Shown in pieces: positions 9,630 through 19,063 of a stretch of DNA of 64,000 nucleotides; positions within the stretch are counted from its first letter, which is position 1, and each line of letters opens with the position of its first letter. A program made the position numbers and the translations under genes. The notes beneath the pieces were generated by a model. That model was not told the origin of the DNA, made no database searches, and saw nothing but the letters and a program-made list of their open reading frames with translations. This DNA is from a virus (Duplodnaviria; Caudoviricetes), in IMG/VR virus record IMGVR_UViG_3300033121_000954, positions 32,001-96,000 of that record; one strand, 5' to 3'.

Positions 9630-11353
9630 AGTTTTATGCAACAATTATTTGATAATTCACAAATTATATCTCGTATCAACGAATCAATTTTATTTGGTTG
9701 GGTTGTGGAAGATTTGTAATTTTCCCCAATTATCATATCCGCGTTGTGAGTGGATGGATCACTTACACAATCCGCCAAAGTTAGAAATTCAAAATCATCT
9801 TGTACTTCAACCAAATCATCTCCACCTTCCCGCAATGGAGTTACGCTGCCAAGTCCTCTACTTGATTGCCCAACTCGGTATCCCGCCAACAAAATTTCCT
9901 TTACGATATTACCGGATGGTGTATTAAGGATTTCAACATCACCACGAATTTCGTTTCCTTTCCAGTAAGCATCTTTTATTGCTTGGCAAACATTTTTCAA
10001 CGAAATTACATTTGCGTCATCCGAATTACCCGACCAAAATTGAGAATTCCCATCACGACAATAGATAATTCCATTGTCCACAGTTACACAATGTATTGTT
10101 CCGTTATAATTTACAGGTTCTACTTTTAAATATCTAAAATCAACATAAATTCCTTTAGATTGTTTAACCCATAGGCGATATAGAGGCTGTGTATTTTCTT
10201 TTTTTATAAGTCGTTCGCCAATTTTTCTATCGTTATTATGTTGAATTTTTATAACACCGGCATATCCAATTTTTAATAAAATTTCGTTTAAATCTTCTAT
10301 TAACTTTTTTGAAACAGTAAAAACCGACTTTCGGCGAGAGTAGCCAGTATGAACATCAGAGCCATCTCCTTTCATAAACCATTCAAACAACACTGATAGC
10401 AAACTACTTGATGCAGATTTTATATCTTCTGGAATAAATTTTGTATATTTGTTTCCAAGTGGCTTTAGATAATCGTATAATCGTTTATCAACAATAGAAA
10501 ATATTATATTATTTTTACGTTTTCGCTCTGTCCATTTTATTCCGGGCGACATATTTGACAACACCACGCGAAACTGTTCTGCACGAGCACCCTCATTTTG
10601 AGAAATTAGTATTTCGTAATTTCCGCGATTTTTTGTATTTCTAACACATCCTTCTGCTAAATAAAATCCTAAAAATGCAAAAAATGATTTGCTGTCAAGT
10701 ACTAAATTAGAATATTGGATTTTTCTATTTTCTGTTGTGCCTAAATAATCGGAGGTTCCGTCAATTTCCCACACATCGTGGTCTATTCCATTCCATGTGG
10801 ATGTTATTGGAATGTATCCATTTATAGATTTATTATTTTGACTGGCGGAGTATAATTCTTGAGCAGTGTATGTGACTAAATTTCCAGATGGTATTCTAAT
10901 ATGAAATTTATGATTTCCGGTGACAGTTGTATTAATATTTTTTCCATGTATATTAAACATACTGCCACTGTAATACTGATTCGTAATGGCGCTTGGATAT
11001 TGCCATTCCATATTTCCAGAAGATGGATTTAGTGTCGCAACCAAATCCGTTTCAATTGTGTCTTTTATATATTTCCAACCATTTTTAGTCAATATTTCCG
11101 TATTTTCCCAAAAACAAGTTGGATGGTCCAATTCTGAAAATGCTTTTTTTTCTCGTATTTTTTCAAAATATTCATTCAGTGCTTTATCAAGAATAGACCT
11201 GCTATAAATTCTTTTATTTCGGTTTGGAGTATCTGCGCGTTGCAACAAGACATTTCTAAGAATCAAACGACCGTCGTTACCATTCATTGATTCAATCAAT
11301 GTAGATTTCGGAACTTCAATATTTGAAATATGTTCTATAAGAAGTTGTTTCAT
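9626..11353 (-). CDS. gp21: Prohead protease (T4 gp21 family) containing an intein
   Basis: NRNKRIY, ELDHP, LNTPSG, SSRGLGS, DCVSDPS. Confidence 0.93.
   Translation of the reverse strand: MKQLLIEHISNIEVPKSTLIESMNGNDGRLILRNVLLQRADTPNRNKRIYSRSILDKALNEYFEKIREKKAFSELDHPTCFWENTEILTKNGWKYIKDTIETDLVATLNPSSGNMEWQYPSAITNQYYSGSMFNIHGKNINTTVTGNHKFHIRIPSGNLVTYTAQELYSASQNNKSINGYIPITSTWNGIDHDVWEIDGTSDYLGTTENRKIQYSNLVLDSKSFFAFLGFYLAEGCVRNTKNRGNYEILISQNEGARAEQFRVVLSNMSPGIKWTERKRKNNIIFSIVDKRLYDYLKPLGNKYTKFIPEDIKSASSSLLSVLFEWFMKGDGSDVHTGYSRRKSVFTVSKKLIEDLNEILLKIGYAGVIKIQHNNDRKIGERLIKKENTQPLYRLWVKQSKGIYVDFRYLKVEPVNYNGTIHCVTVDNGIIYCRDGNSQFWSGNSDDANVISLKNVCQAIKDAYWKGNEIRGDVEILNTPSGNIVKEILLAGYRVGQSSRGLGSVTPLREGGDDLVEVQDDFEFLTLADCVSDPSTHNADMIIGENYKSSTTQPNKIDSLIRDIICELSNNCCIKL
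10025..11116 (-). mobile_element. Intein (364 aa) with LAGLIDADG homing endonuclease
   Basis: Starts CFWENTEILTKNGWK; LGFYLAEG and FMKGDG motifs; ends YNGTIHCVTV...WSGN followed by Ser+1. Confidence 0.93.
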
Positions 11354-11583
11354 ATTTTTTTCAAATCCGTGTGAAATTGTTCTTCTAAATCATTCAATCT
11401 GCGTATATATGTATTAAGAAAATATTTCTGGTCAGAATTGATTCCTTTTATATTCCGCATCGTTTCCAGTTTACTAATTGCACCATAAAACAATTCAAAG
11501 AAGTTATCCATTTCATTATCGTAAACTGTGTTTTCGCTCAACATTACTTCCCGTATTATGGTTTTTAGTGACGAGGTATTCAT
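11350..11583 (-). CDS. Putative internal head protein
   Basis: LKTIIREVMLSE leader. Confidence 0.55.
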   Translation of the reverse strand: MNTSSLKTIIREVMLSENTVYDNEMDNFFELFYGAISKLETMRNIKGINSDQKYFLNTYIRRLNDLEEQFHTDLKKI

Positions 11584-12053
11584 ACGTTCATCTCCCTAAT
11601 TTTATTTGATAATCTTAGCAGTCGTTCATTGATTTTAGTAAAATTGCGTAAAGTTCCTTTCCAGAATACTGTTTGATCCGCACCACTCTCAACTTTTAAC
11701 CGACTTGCATGATTTATCATCTGTTCAACTTCACGAAGTTTCGCATTTATCTGGATGATATGTTCGTTTATTTTAGTTCTTTCGGTTTTACTATCATCTC
11801 GTTTAAAATCTTTATAGTTTATTTCCGAAACTCTTGTATAAATATCATCTATTTGTTTAAAAAACCTATCCGTTAAATTTATAGGCTCCGTATAAGCGCC
11901 ATCGTCTTCTGGTTCAACAACTTTTTTATTAAATGCGTATGGTGTCTGTGGTTGCCCTTCTCCACCATCCAAATTACTTGTGGTGTTGTCTTCATCAATG
12001 GGAGAGAACCGCTCATTTAACTGCTCAATGATTGCCTTGAGGGAACTATTCAT
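11580..12053 (-). CDS. Hypothetical head-module protein
   Basis: LKAIIEQLNE leader; NLDGGEG..TPYAF. Confidence 0.65.
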   Translation of the reverse strand: MNSSLKAIIEQLNERFSPIDEDNTTSNLDGGEGQPQTPYAFNKKVVEPEDDGAYTEPINLTDRFFKQIDDIYTRVSEINYKDFKRDDSKTERTKINEHIIQINAKLREVEQMINHASRLKVESGADQTVFWKGTLRNFTKINERLLRLSNKIREMNV

Positions 12054-12871
12054 TTTTGTATTTCCTCAATTAGTTCATAATATTTCAACATTCCACTCAA
12101 ATGTTCATCTTTAATGTGTTTTGCTGAAATGATGGTTTCGGTTAAATTTATTGCTTCTCTCAATTTAATTTTAGTCACATCATCATGCGTTTCATCTAAA
12201 TACGAGTTAATCTTGCTGACGATGTATTGAACCTCACTCATAATATACGATTTAAATTCCGTAGAATTATCATCTTCATTTATATATAAAGATAACAGTT
12301 TTTTCTGCCTCTGGTTCAATTGCTTATATCTATCGTTAAATTGCTCCACGATGTATCTAAACGTCAATCTACGCACATCCCCATCTTGTTCTCTCAATGC
12401 CCGCTCAATTTCAACATCTGTATTATCCACATCAACATTACCACTCAACTGTTCAGTTATGAATTTTTTACAATTCAAGTAATCAACTGGGTCGTTTACA
12501 TCTTCAAATAATTTATAAATTGAAGTTACCAGTTTGTAATTACTCAATCGCGATTCAAAAAATACCTTCAAGTCATAATGTTTTTTTAATGACTTTATCA
12601 GTTCGTATTTTTCGTGTTGCAATTTTTGCTCATTCAATCCTTTCCGACTCTGTATTGTCAATTCAATCAATTCCGCTGGATTGTGTTCTGACTTCATCAG
12701 CAATGCCTGATAGAGTTTAAGTTCTTTTAACAGTTCCGAGTCAGATTTGAAATATTTTTTGATGATCATCAACGCTGTTTGCTTAGGCGATGACCCAATT
12801 ACCTCGTGCATTACCGAACGAGATAATAATTCAAATAAAATACCAGTATTTTTAAATTTTTTATGCTTCAT
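12050..12871 (-). CDS. Conserved hypothetical protein downstream of portal
   Basis: KFKNTGILFELL N-terminus, 273 aa. Confidence 0.7.
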   Translation of the reverse strand: MKHKKFKNTGILFELLSRSVMHEVIGSSPKQTALMIIKKYFKSDSELLKELKLYQALLMKSEHNPAELIELTIQSRKGLNEQKLQHEKYELIKSLKKHYDLKVFFESRLSNYKLVTSIYKLFEDVNDPVDYLNCKKFITEQLSGNVDVDNTDVEIERALREQDGDVRRLTFRYIVEQFNDRYKQLNQRQKKLLSLYINEDDNSTEFKSYIMSEVQYIVSKINSYLDETHDDVTKIKLREAINLTETIISAKHIKDEHLSGMLKYYELIEEIQK

Positions 12872-14666
12872 TTATAACCTCGTCGTCAAATAGTTGATCT
12901 TCGCTTAATATATGTGCGGTTGGATTTCTTTTATTGAGCATTTTTAAAATTCGTTTGACTGATTCTGATTTAGCCATTTCCTTCCTTCCAGCCGGGTCAC
13001 TTCCAAAATCTTTATCTCTCGCAGTTTCAAACGAACTGGTGTGTTGATCGGGTCTTGCATTATTCACTCGTTCATCGGGTGTATAAAGTTTCTTTAAATC
13101 CTGTCCGTCCGTTGCTCTAAATTTGCTCGCTACTTGCATGGATGCAATGTCAAAAGGAGTACCCAATACCTTCCCAGTTTCTTGTGGATCATTGCCTTCA
13201 TCCTCAATTTGTTTTAACCGCAGCGCAAACTTTTTATCTTCAATAATTCGGTCAAGTTCTGCCTTCCAAACATCTTCAGTCAATCCAAATATATTTTCAT
13301 ATATATATTTGTTTGAAAATAAATTGTTTTCTTTGATACTTGCTACTAAATCCACTTTGGCAACCAGCACATCCGTCTTTTGTCGCTCAAATACTAAGGA
13401 TGGGTTGGTTAAAAATATCTCAAAATCAATTAGTTGTTCATCTTTAATGCCGTGAGTTTTTAGATGGATAATTGCAATTTTATACAGTTCAGAAACAAAT
13501 ATTTTTTGCAGTCGTTCAATAGTCCGTGCAAATCTCAAATCTAAACTGGCCAATCCAGATTTCGCGCTTCCTTCACCATCAGCACCGCCATATCCAAGAT
13601 ATTCTTTTGGAACTTTCAACCCAGCAAGTAATTTATTTTTCAGATATTCAACATCATCCAATTGTCCAGTGTTTTCAAGACCGGGCAATGTTTCAATCGT
13701 TGTTCCACTATCCCCACCTCTAACTGGCAAATAAATGTCTTCCATTTGCGACATCAGCGAAAATTTCACATTGTAATCGCCAGTGTTTGGATCAATATAT
13801 GGAGTTTTTTTAGTTTCTTGAATTATCTGCTCAACATGTGCATCAATTGCCGAGGGCGGCAAATTCCCAACATCAATTTTAAATAACCGACGTTCCGGAG
13901 AGCGCATGATTCTATGTAAAATCATCGCATCTTCCATCATCAGCAATGCTTTAAATGTCTTTCTACTGGAGTCAATGATAGATCGTCCGTATGGCAAAAA
14001 CATTTGATCGCCCATCAAACGAAAATGTGCTATTTCGTAGGCTTCAAAGTAGTTTTTACTTCTAAAATTATATTCTCCCTCATAACGAAATCTGGTTCTG
14101 GTTGGATCCTCCACAGTTCCTTCCTCTCTTATCATTAGACTTGGGTGGATTGGTACAACGTTCACAACCCCAAACTCCTCATCCAATTGCAAATACAAAA
14201 ACGCATCACCGTATTTACACATTGTCCTAATCCAACTCCACATATTAAATTCAATATTCAATATGTCGTAAAACAAATTATGTAGTAATTTTCTGATTTC
14301 ATCGTTTTCAGTTTTAATTACCAACAATTCGCCATCAATTGAAAGAGTCGTGGATTCCTCTGCATAAATATCTAAAACGCTGGAAATGATGTCGTTTGTG
14401 TCCATCATCTCATAATCCATATACATTGTACGACGTTGTGCTTCAATCTCTTCGTTTGTAAAACCACTACCATAACCAGTTACACCTGTGGTTGATCTAC
14501 CAGTCCGCCAACGTCCATTACCAGCAAGTGTGGATTGTGTTGTGCCCATTTGCTGCGATTTATTTACATCGTATGCTTTTAGACGACCGCCGGGCAATCG
14601 TTTTACAATAACATTTCGCGTAAATAATTTTGATAATATCTCTCTGTATGTACTCATAACAGCCAT
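12861..14666 (-). CDS. gp20: Portal protein, T4 gp20 family
   Basis: LPYGRS, MEDAMILHRIMRSPERRLFKIDVGN, EDIYLPVRGG, IETLPG, LKVPK. Confidence 0.95.
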   Translation of the reverse strand: MAVMSTYREILSKLFTRNVIVKRLPGGRLKAYDVNKSQQMGTTQSTLAGNGRWRTGRSTTGVTGYGSGFTNEEIEAQRRTMYMDYEMMDTNDIISSVLDIYAEESTTLSIDGELLVIKTENDEIRKLLHNLFYDILNIEFNMWSWIRTMCKYGDAFLYLQLDEEFGVVNVVPIHPSLMIREEGTVEDPTRTRFRYEGEYNFRSKNYFEAYEIAHFRLMGDQMFLPYGRSIIDSSRKTFKALLMMEDAMILHRIMRSPERRLFKIDVGNLPPSAIDAHVEQIIQETKKTPYIDPNTGDYNVKFSLMSQMEDIYLPVRGGDSGTTIETLPGLENTGQLDDVEYLKNKLLAGLKVPKEYLGYGGADGEGSAKSGLASLDLRFARTIERLQKIFVSELYKIAIIHLKTHGIKDEQLIDFEIFLTNPSLVFERQKTDVLVAKVDLVASIKENNLFSNKYIYENIFGLTEDVWKAELDRIIEDKKFALRLKQIEDEGNDPQETGKVLGTPFDIASMQVASKFRATDGQDLKKLYTPDERVNNARPDQHTSSFETARDKDFGSDPAGRKEMAKSESVKRILKMLNKRNPTAHILSEDQLFDDEVINEA

Positions 14667-16249
14667 TTTATACTTTCAGTCTGTGCTCTGACTGGCATTT
14701 CCCATTGTGGATTACTTGTCATTTTTGGACTATAAACTGAACGATGAATATTTTGGACAGATTTCTGTGTTAATTCCAACCCAACCTGATACATTCTAAG
14801 TGCAGTTTCACGAACAAATAATGCGATAGCAAAAGACATAATCAAATCATCATTGTATCCGCGAGCCGCTTGCGGTTTACCATTGATCCATTTAAACACA
14901 GTAACTTCGTTCATTAATCGTTTTGAATATACCCTTGGCAATTTCTGTCGCATATAAGTACCAAACATATCAAGCATGACTGGTCTGTTTTGTGGAGTAA
15001 TTGTAATTCCGGGTACTGTGTCTTCTTTATTTTTCAAATCGTAGTTTTTTCTGATGTGTATATCAGTGTCAAAATATGGATCATTTTTATACCCATAAAA
15101 CAAATTTTTATATCCACTATCAACTATAACTTGAATGGTTGACCAACCAATATTTTTATTGTCCAATACCAGTCTGGCATTGTTGTATTCAGTTGCGATG
15201 GAAATTAAGATATTTCCAAAAACATTTGTATCAACCTTTTCACGAAATTCGGCCACTTGCTCCATCGTTTCTAATTCAAAAACATGGAATGCCGAAAAGT
15301 CTTCACCATCCCCACGAGCAACATCCGCACTGACAATATAACTTTTGTTGTAGAGTGGGTATTTCCATATCCATAAATTGCCGCCAATTCCTCTACGCTC
15401 AACTGGGTCTTTTACCGAATTATCATTATAGTATTGGATAATTTCAGAATCAATATAAGTATGCCCAGAAGTTAAGAATTCAACATCACATTCCTGTGCA
15501 GCCTTCAGTTTTCCAAGTTGTTCATCCTGTAAATCACGCCAAGCCTGATCCCGTTCCGGATGTAAACTCCACGGTAATGATATTGGATTAAATCTACCAA
15601 GTCCGCCAGCCGCAGTTCCTTCAATTGCTTGCTGCCACAGTTGATGAAAGGTATTTCCACTTCCATTTGGCGAACTTAATAACACTGCTTTTCCGCCAGT
15701 AGCCAATGTCAGTTGGGCAGAAGTCCAAATTTCCTCCATACAATCAATGTGCGCCGCTTCATCAATTATCAATTTTGAAAGTGCTTCCGACCTACCAGCA
15801 TCCGGCGAACTTGAGACGGCTTTAATTGACGAGCCGTTGGCAAAAACTAAACTTAATTTATTATCATTTACAATCTTTCCTTTCAAGAAATTTGGAAGAA
15901 ATTCGTGCATCAATTGTACTTTTTCAACCAAATTTCGGGCAACGTCTTGTTTTGTCGCAATTACCAGTATTTTGTAATCACTATTGAACAACATACAATG
16001 AAGGGCATCCATCGCACAAAGCGTTGAAATGCCCATTTGTCGGCCCTTGCCGATTATATTGAACCGATGTTCTTTAAATGCCCTAAGTGTGTCTTCTTGA
16101 AATGGAAATAGATTGAATAAAATTTTACCCTTTATAGGATGCTGTATTTTGCAATACTTTTTGGCAAAATATACAGGGTCAACCGCACAACGTAGGAACT
16201 CCTGTTGTAACGCTTTTTTTATACTTTCTGTTTCTGGTTGTTTTGGAAT
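14654..16249 (-). CDS. gp17: Terminase large subunit (gp17 family), probable ATT start
   Basis: The frame is open 72 codons upstream of ATG 16036 and encodes DPVYF..YCKIQHP..PFQ..KGRQMGIST; also IIDEAAHI, SSPNG, ADVARG, DDLIMS. Confidence 0.93.
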   Translation of the reverse strand: MPKQPETESIKKALQQEFLRCAVDPVYFAKKYCKIQHPIKGKILFNLFPFQEDTLRAFKEHRFNIIGKGRQMGISTLCAMDALHCMLFNSDYKILVIATKQDVARNLVEKVQLMHEFLPNFLKGKIVNDNKLSLVFANGSSIKAVSSSPDAGRSEALSKLIIDEAAHIDCMEEIWTSAQLTLATGGKAVLLSSPNGSGNTFHQLWQQAIEGTAAGGLGRFNPISLPWSLHPERDQAWRDLQDEQLGKLKAAQECDVEFLTSGHTYIDSEIIQYYNDNSVKDPVERRGIGGNLWIWKYPLYNKSYIVSADVARGDGEDFSAFHVFELETMEQVAEFREKVDTNVFGNILISIATEYNNARLVLDNKNIGWSTIQVIVDSGYKNLFYGYKNDPYFDTDIHIRKNYDLKNKEDTVPGITITPQNRPVMLDMFGTYMRQKLPRVYSKRLMNEVTVFKWINGKPQAARGYNDDLIMSFAIALFVRETALRMYQVGLELTQKSVQNIHRSVYSPKMTSNPQWEMPVRAQTESIKWLL

Positions 16250-16252
16250 TAG

Positions 16253-16888
16253 TTATTTCTCCGTCGTAAATCGCTCAAGTGTTTTGTCTTTAAATTCTTG
16301 ATACGAGTTATCTATTTTTTGTAAATACGCATCCACATCATCAAATGTCCATTTCTCCACATCTCCAAATTCATTATCCACAAATCCCAAGTTTTTTAAT
16401 TCTCGCTTAATTACTTCCACTTCTTTGTCAGCATCTCTGAAAAATGCGTCTGCATTTGCTTTCATTTTGTTCAGCGCGTATTCATTAAATTCGCCCCTAA
16501 TTTTAAGTTTAGTTTCAAGCGAAATTAAACAGTCTTCACACATTCCAGTCATTCTCCGAAATTTCTCATCCAATCGTGTTGGAGATTTACAAGTACATGT
16601 TTCCTTTTGGCAATTTGGGAACGACCGCATGGATTCTCTCAATTCATCCAATGCGACTGATACACTCGGATGAAATCGGTATTTGGAACGAGTATGTTTA
16701 TTTTGTTGCCACCAACACACTGTTTCGCCAAGGGCATTTACTTCTTCCCATATTTCGCCCTCTTCTCGGGTTTTATTTTTTTCCGCTTGATATTCAGCAT
16801 CGCTAAATCCGAAAGTTTTTCTGGATTGGGTTCTGTGCTCGCCCTTGAGCATTTCATTAAGGGCTTTTACATTTTTTAGTTTAGACAT
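16253..16888 (-). CDS. Cys-containing hypothetical protein upstream of terminase
   Basis: 211 aa; CQKETCTC and CEDC. Confidence 0.7.
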   Translation of the reverse strand: MSKLKNVKALNEMLKGEHRTQSRKTFGFSDAEYQAEKNKTREEGEIWEEVNALGETVCWWQQNKHTRSKYRFHPSVSVALDELRESMRSFPNCQKETCTCKSPTRLDEKFRRMTGMCEDCLISLETKLKIRGEFNEYALNKMKANADAFFRDADKEVEVIKRELKNLGFVDNEFGDVEKWTFDDVDAYLQKIDNSYQEFKDKTLERFTTEK

Positions 16889-17123
16889 TATTATCTTGTT
16901 GTGTTACGAAATCTACAAATCGTTCATCTGGAATACCCAACAACGAAGCAAATTGTTTAATTGCTTTGAATTTATCAGTTGGTCGGTAAATATTCCGAAG
17001 CAAACTACCCATGTCTGGATTGTTTTTTATCTGTTGCATCAATAAAACTGAATTTGCAGATGCTTCTGGGGTGGGGGTTTCTAACTCCTCTTTTATCTGT
17101 TGGTACAATGGCATTAGTTTCAT
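16881..17123 (-). CDS. Putative internal head protein
   Basis: MKLMPLYQQIKE leader; GAGGA upstream. Confidence 0.55.
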   Translation of the reverse strand: MKLMPLYQQIKEELETPTPEASANSVLLMQQIKNNPDMGSLLRNIYRPTDKFKAIKQFASLLGIPDERFVDFVTQQDNNV

Positions 17124-17146
17124 ATAAATTTCCTCATATACTATAA

Positions 17147-19063
17147 TTATCGGGCGTAACGGAATAAACCCAAAATTTGATTTATTACTGAAAACGAACC
17201 TGTCAGTTTATACTGTTTTCCGTTTTTCCATGTGAAGACAATGCCCTCAACTGGATTCACTACTTGATTAAGTTTGTTGAATTTTTGCATATTTTTTAGA
17301 AATCTGGTTTTTACATCTTCCTCTGCGTATGCAATTTGGTCGTCAATTTTAGACAAATTGGAAATAATGTGGTTTGTCGGCCCACTTGAATTTGCCCGTA
17401 TCACACAATTTCCAAACTTGAAAATTAGGCATTGAAAATCCTCATCATTTCTCAACGATGTCACAGAATGCGCGACCGTTAAGTTGTGTTTAAGTATCAT
17501 TTTATACAACTCGTCCAACAACTTTTCACTACCTTCACACGGTTTTAATTTTATTGTTGGAGTTGGCAGCACATCATCACTATATTGGAAATTTGGACTG
17601 TATTTTTTAACGATATTGCCACTCTCATCATAATCAATCAGCCCATGCACATATATTTTTCGCGAATTTCCATAATTGATAACGTTTTGTGTGGACGGAT
17701 TGCATATTTCTGTATTTAAAAATGTTCTCCCTCCATTAAATTGGGAATGTAAATCTTGCTCGTTAATCCAGTTATTCACAACATCAAACGCATCTAAAAA
17801 TGATTTCAAAACAGCGTCTGGTTTTGTCTGCATCAAATCAATCAATTCTACCCGAGTCATGGGGGTTAATATGGTTGATTTATTTCTTGAAATTCTAACT
17901 TCTCCAGCAATACTCGTAAATTGTGCGTTTTGACCGTCTAATTTAAGCGTAGTTGGAATATCTCGGGGCGAGTTGCACACTACCTCTATCATCTCTGAAA
18001 GTGCGGCAAACGTCAAATTTTCGTCTTCAAACGGATGTATGATATGTCGTGTATATGGCTGTACGTTTTCTACTGCATAAAATTTTGTAACCGATTTGAA
18101 ATCGGGTTTCCGCATTATTGTTTTAGGAATTAAATCTAATTCTTTTTTATCACGATCAAATTTGATAATAAATGGCATGTTTATATCACTTTCCATATCC
18201 CGCAAAACGCCTTCTGAATTTGGAGACAAGTCAGCCAGTTTATCGCCATATTTCACACTAACTTTCCGAAATAAATTCCTCAGTTCGTCTGTTGAAATAG
18301 GTGTCCCATTTCTTGGATCATTTAGTCGCTGGAAGAAATGTGTGCCAGCATACAAATTTTGAAATTCAATATCAATACCAAATTCCTTAAACAGTCTATC
18401 CGCATACTGCTCAATTCGCATCAGTTGCGTTTTAGTGATTGTATTTCCCTCGTTTAAAGAATTTACAATTGACTCAGCAACATAATCAATTTCAGATTTA
18501 AATTTGTGTTTGAACATGGAATGTATTTGCGGATCATACCAACCCATCAATTCCGTAAATTCAGACTCAGTTGAATTTGGAAGTAATTTGCGCAACAACG
18601 TACCGTTAAGTTCCTCACCATTCACTTCAACTGATTTATGAGGAACAACAAGTACATAACCAGATTTTGAAAACGGTTCAAGTTCAAGTTGACCACTATA
18701 TGGCTTAAAATATGACGAACTACCATCCGATTTGATATACTGGATTCTACCAGTATCTTTTTCGCCATACACGAAAATAGCCGCCACTGTGTTTGGATTA
18801 AAATGGTCAGTCAGTTCAGTTGATTTATATGTGGATGATACACAACAAATTTGCGTTTTTGGTATTCCATATTTTAAAATTACGGACAGTTTTTCCTTGT
18901 AATTTAATGGATTCTTTTCAACATCGTGCGTTGAATTTGTTGTAGTTATGAATACATTATTTTTTCCAAATTTATCGCACAAAGAACGATATACTTGATA
19001 ATGATGACGACCAAACACTTGAAATCTACCAGTGTAAATTACTATTTTAGTATCTGCTTTCAT
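17147..19063 (-). CDS. Multidomain protein: cytidylyltransferase-like N-terminus and a KxDG ligase-like C-terminal domain
   Basis: YTGRFQVFGRHH, NPLNY.EK, YGEKD; HFFQRLNDPRN; HPFED..LKLDG..EGIVF..YKLTGSF. Confidence 0.65.
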   Translation of the reverse strand: MKADTKIVIYTGRFQVFGRHHYQVYRSLCDKFGKNNVFITTTNSTHDVEKNPLNYKEKLSVILKYGIPKTQICCVSSTYKSTELTDHFNPNTVAAIFVYGEKDTGRIQYIKSDGSSSYFKPYSGQLELEPFSKSGYVLVVPHKSVEVNGEELNGTLLRKLLPNSTESEFTELMGWYDPQIHSMFKHKFKSEIDYVAESIVNSLNEGNTITKTQLMRIEQYADRLFKEFGIDIEFQNLYAGTHFFQRLNDPRNGTPISTDELRNLFRKVSVKYGDKLADLSPNSEGVLRDMESDINMPFIIKFDRDKKELDLIPKTIMRKPDFKSVTKFYAVENVQPYTRHIIHPFEDENLTFAALSEMIEVVCNSPRDIPTTLKLDGQNAQFTSIAGEVRISRNKSTILTPMTRVELIDLMQTKPDAVLKSFLDAFDVVNNWINEQDLHSQFNGGRTFLNTEICNPSTQNVINYGNSRKIYVHGLIDYDESGNIVKKYSPNFQYSDDVLPTPTIKLKPCEGSEKLLDELYKMILKHNLTVAHSVTSLRNDEDFQCLIFKFGNCVIRANSSGPTNHIISNLSKIDDQIAYAEEDVKTRFLKNMQKFNKLNQVVNPVEGIVFTWKNGKQYKLTGSFSVINQILGLFRYAR

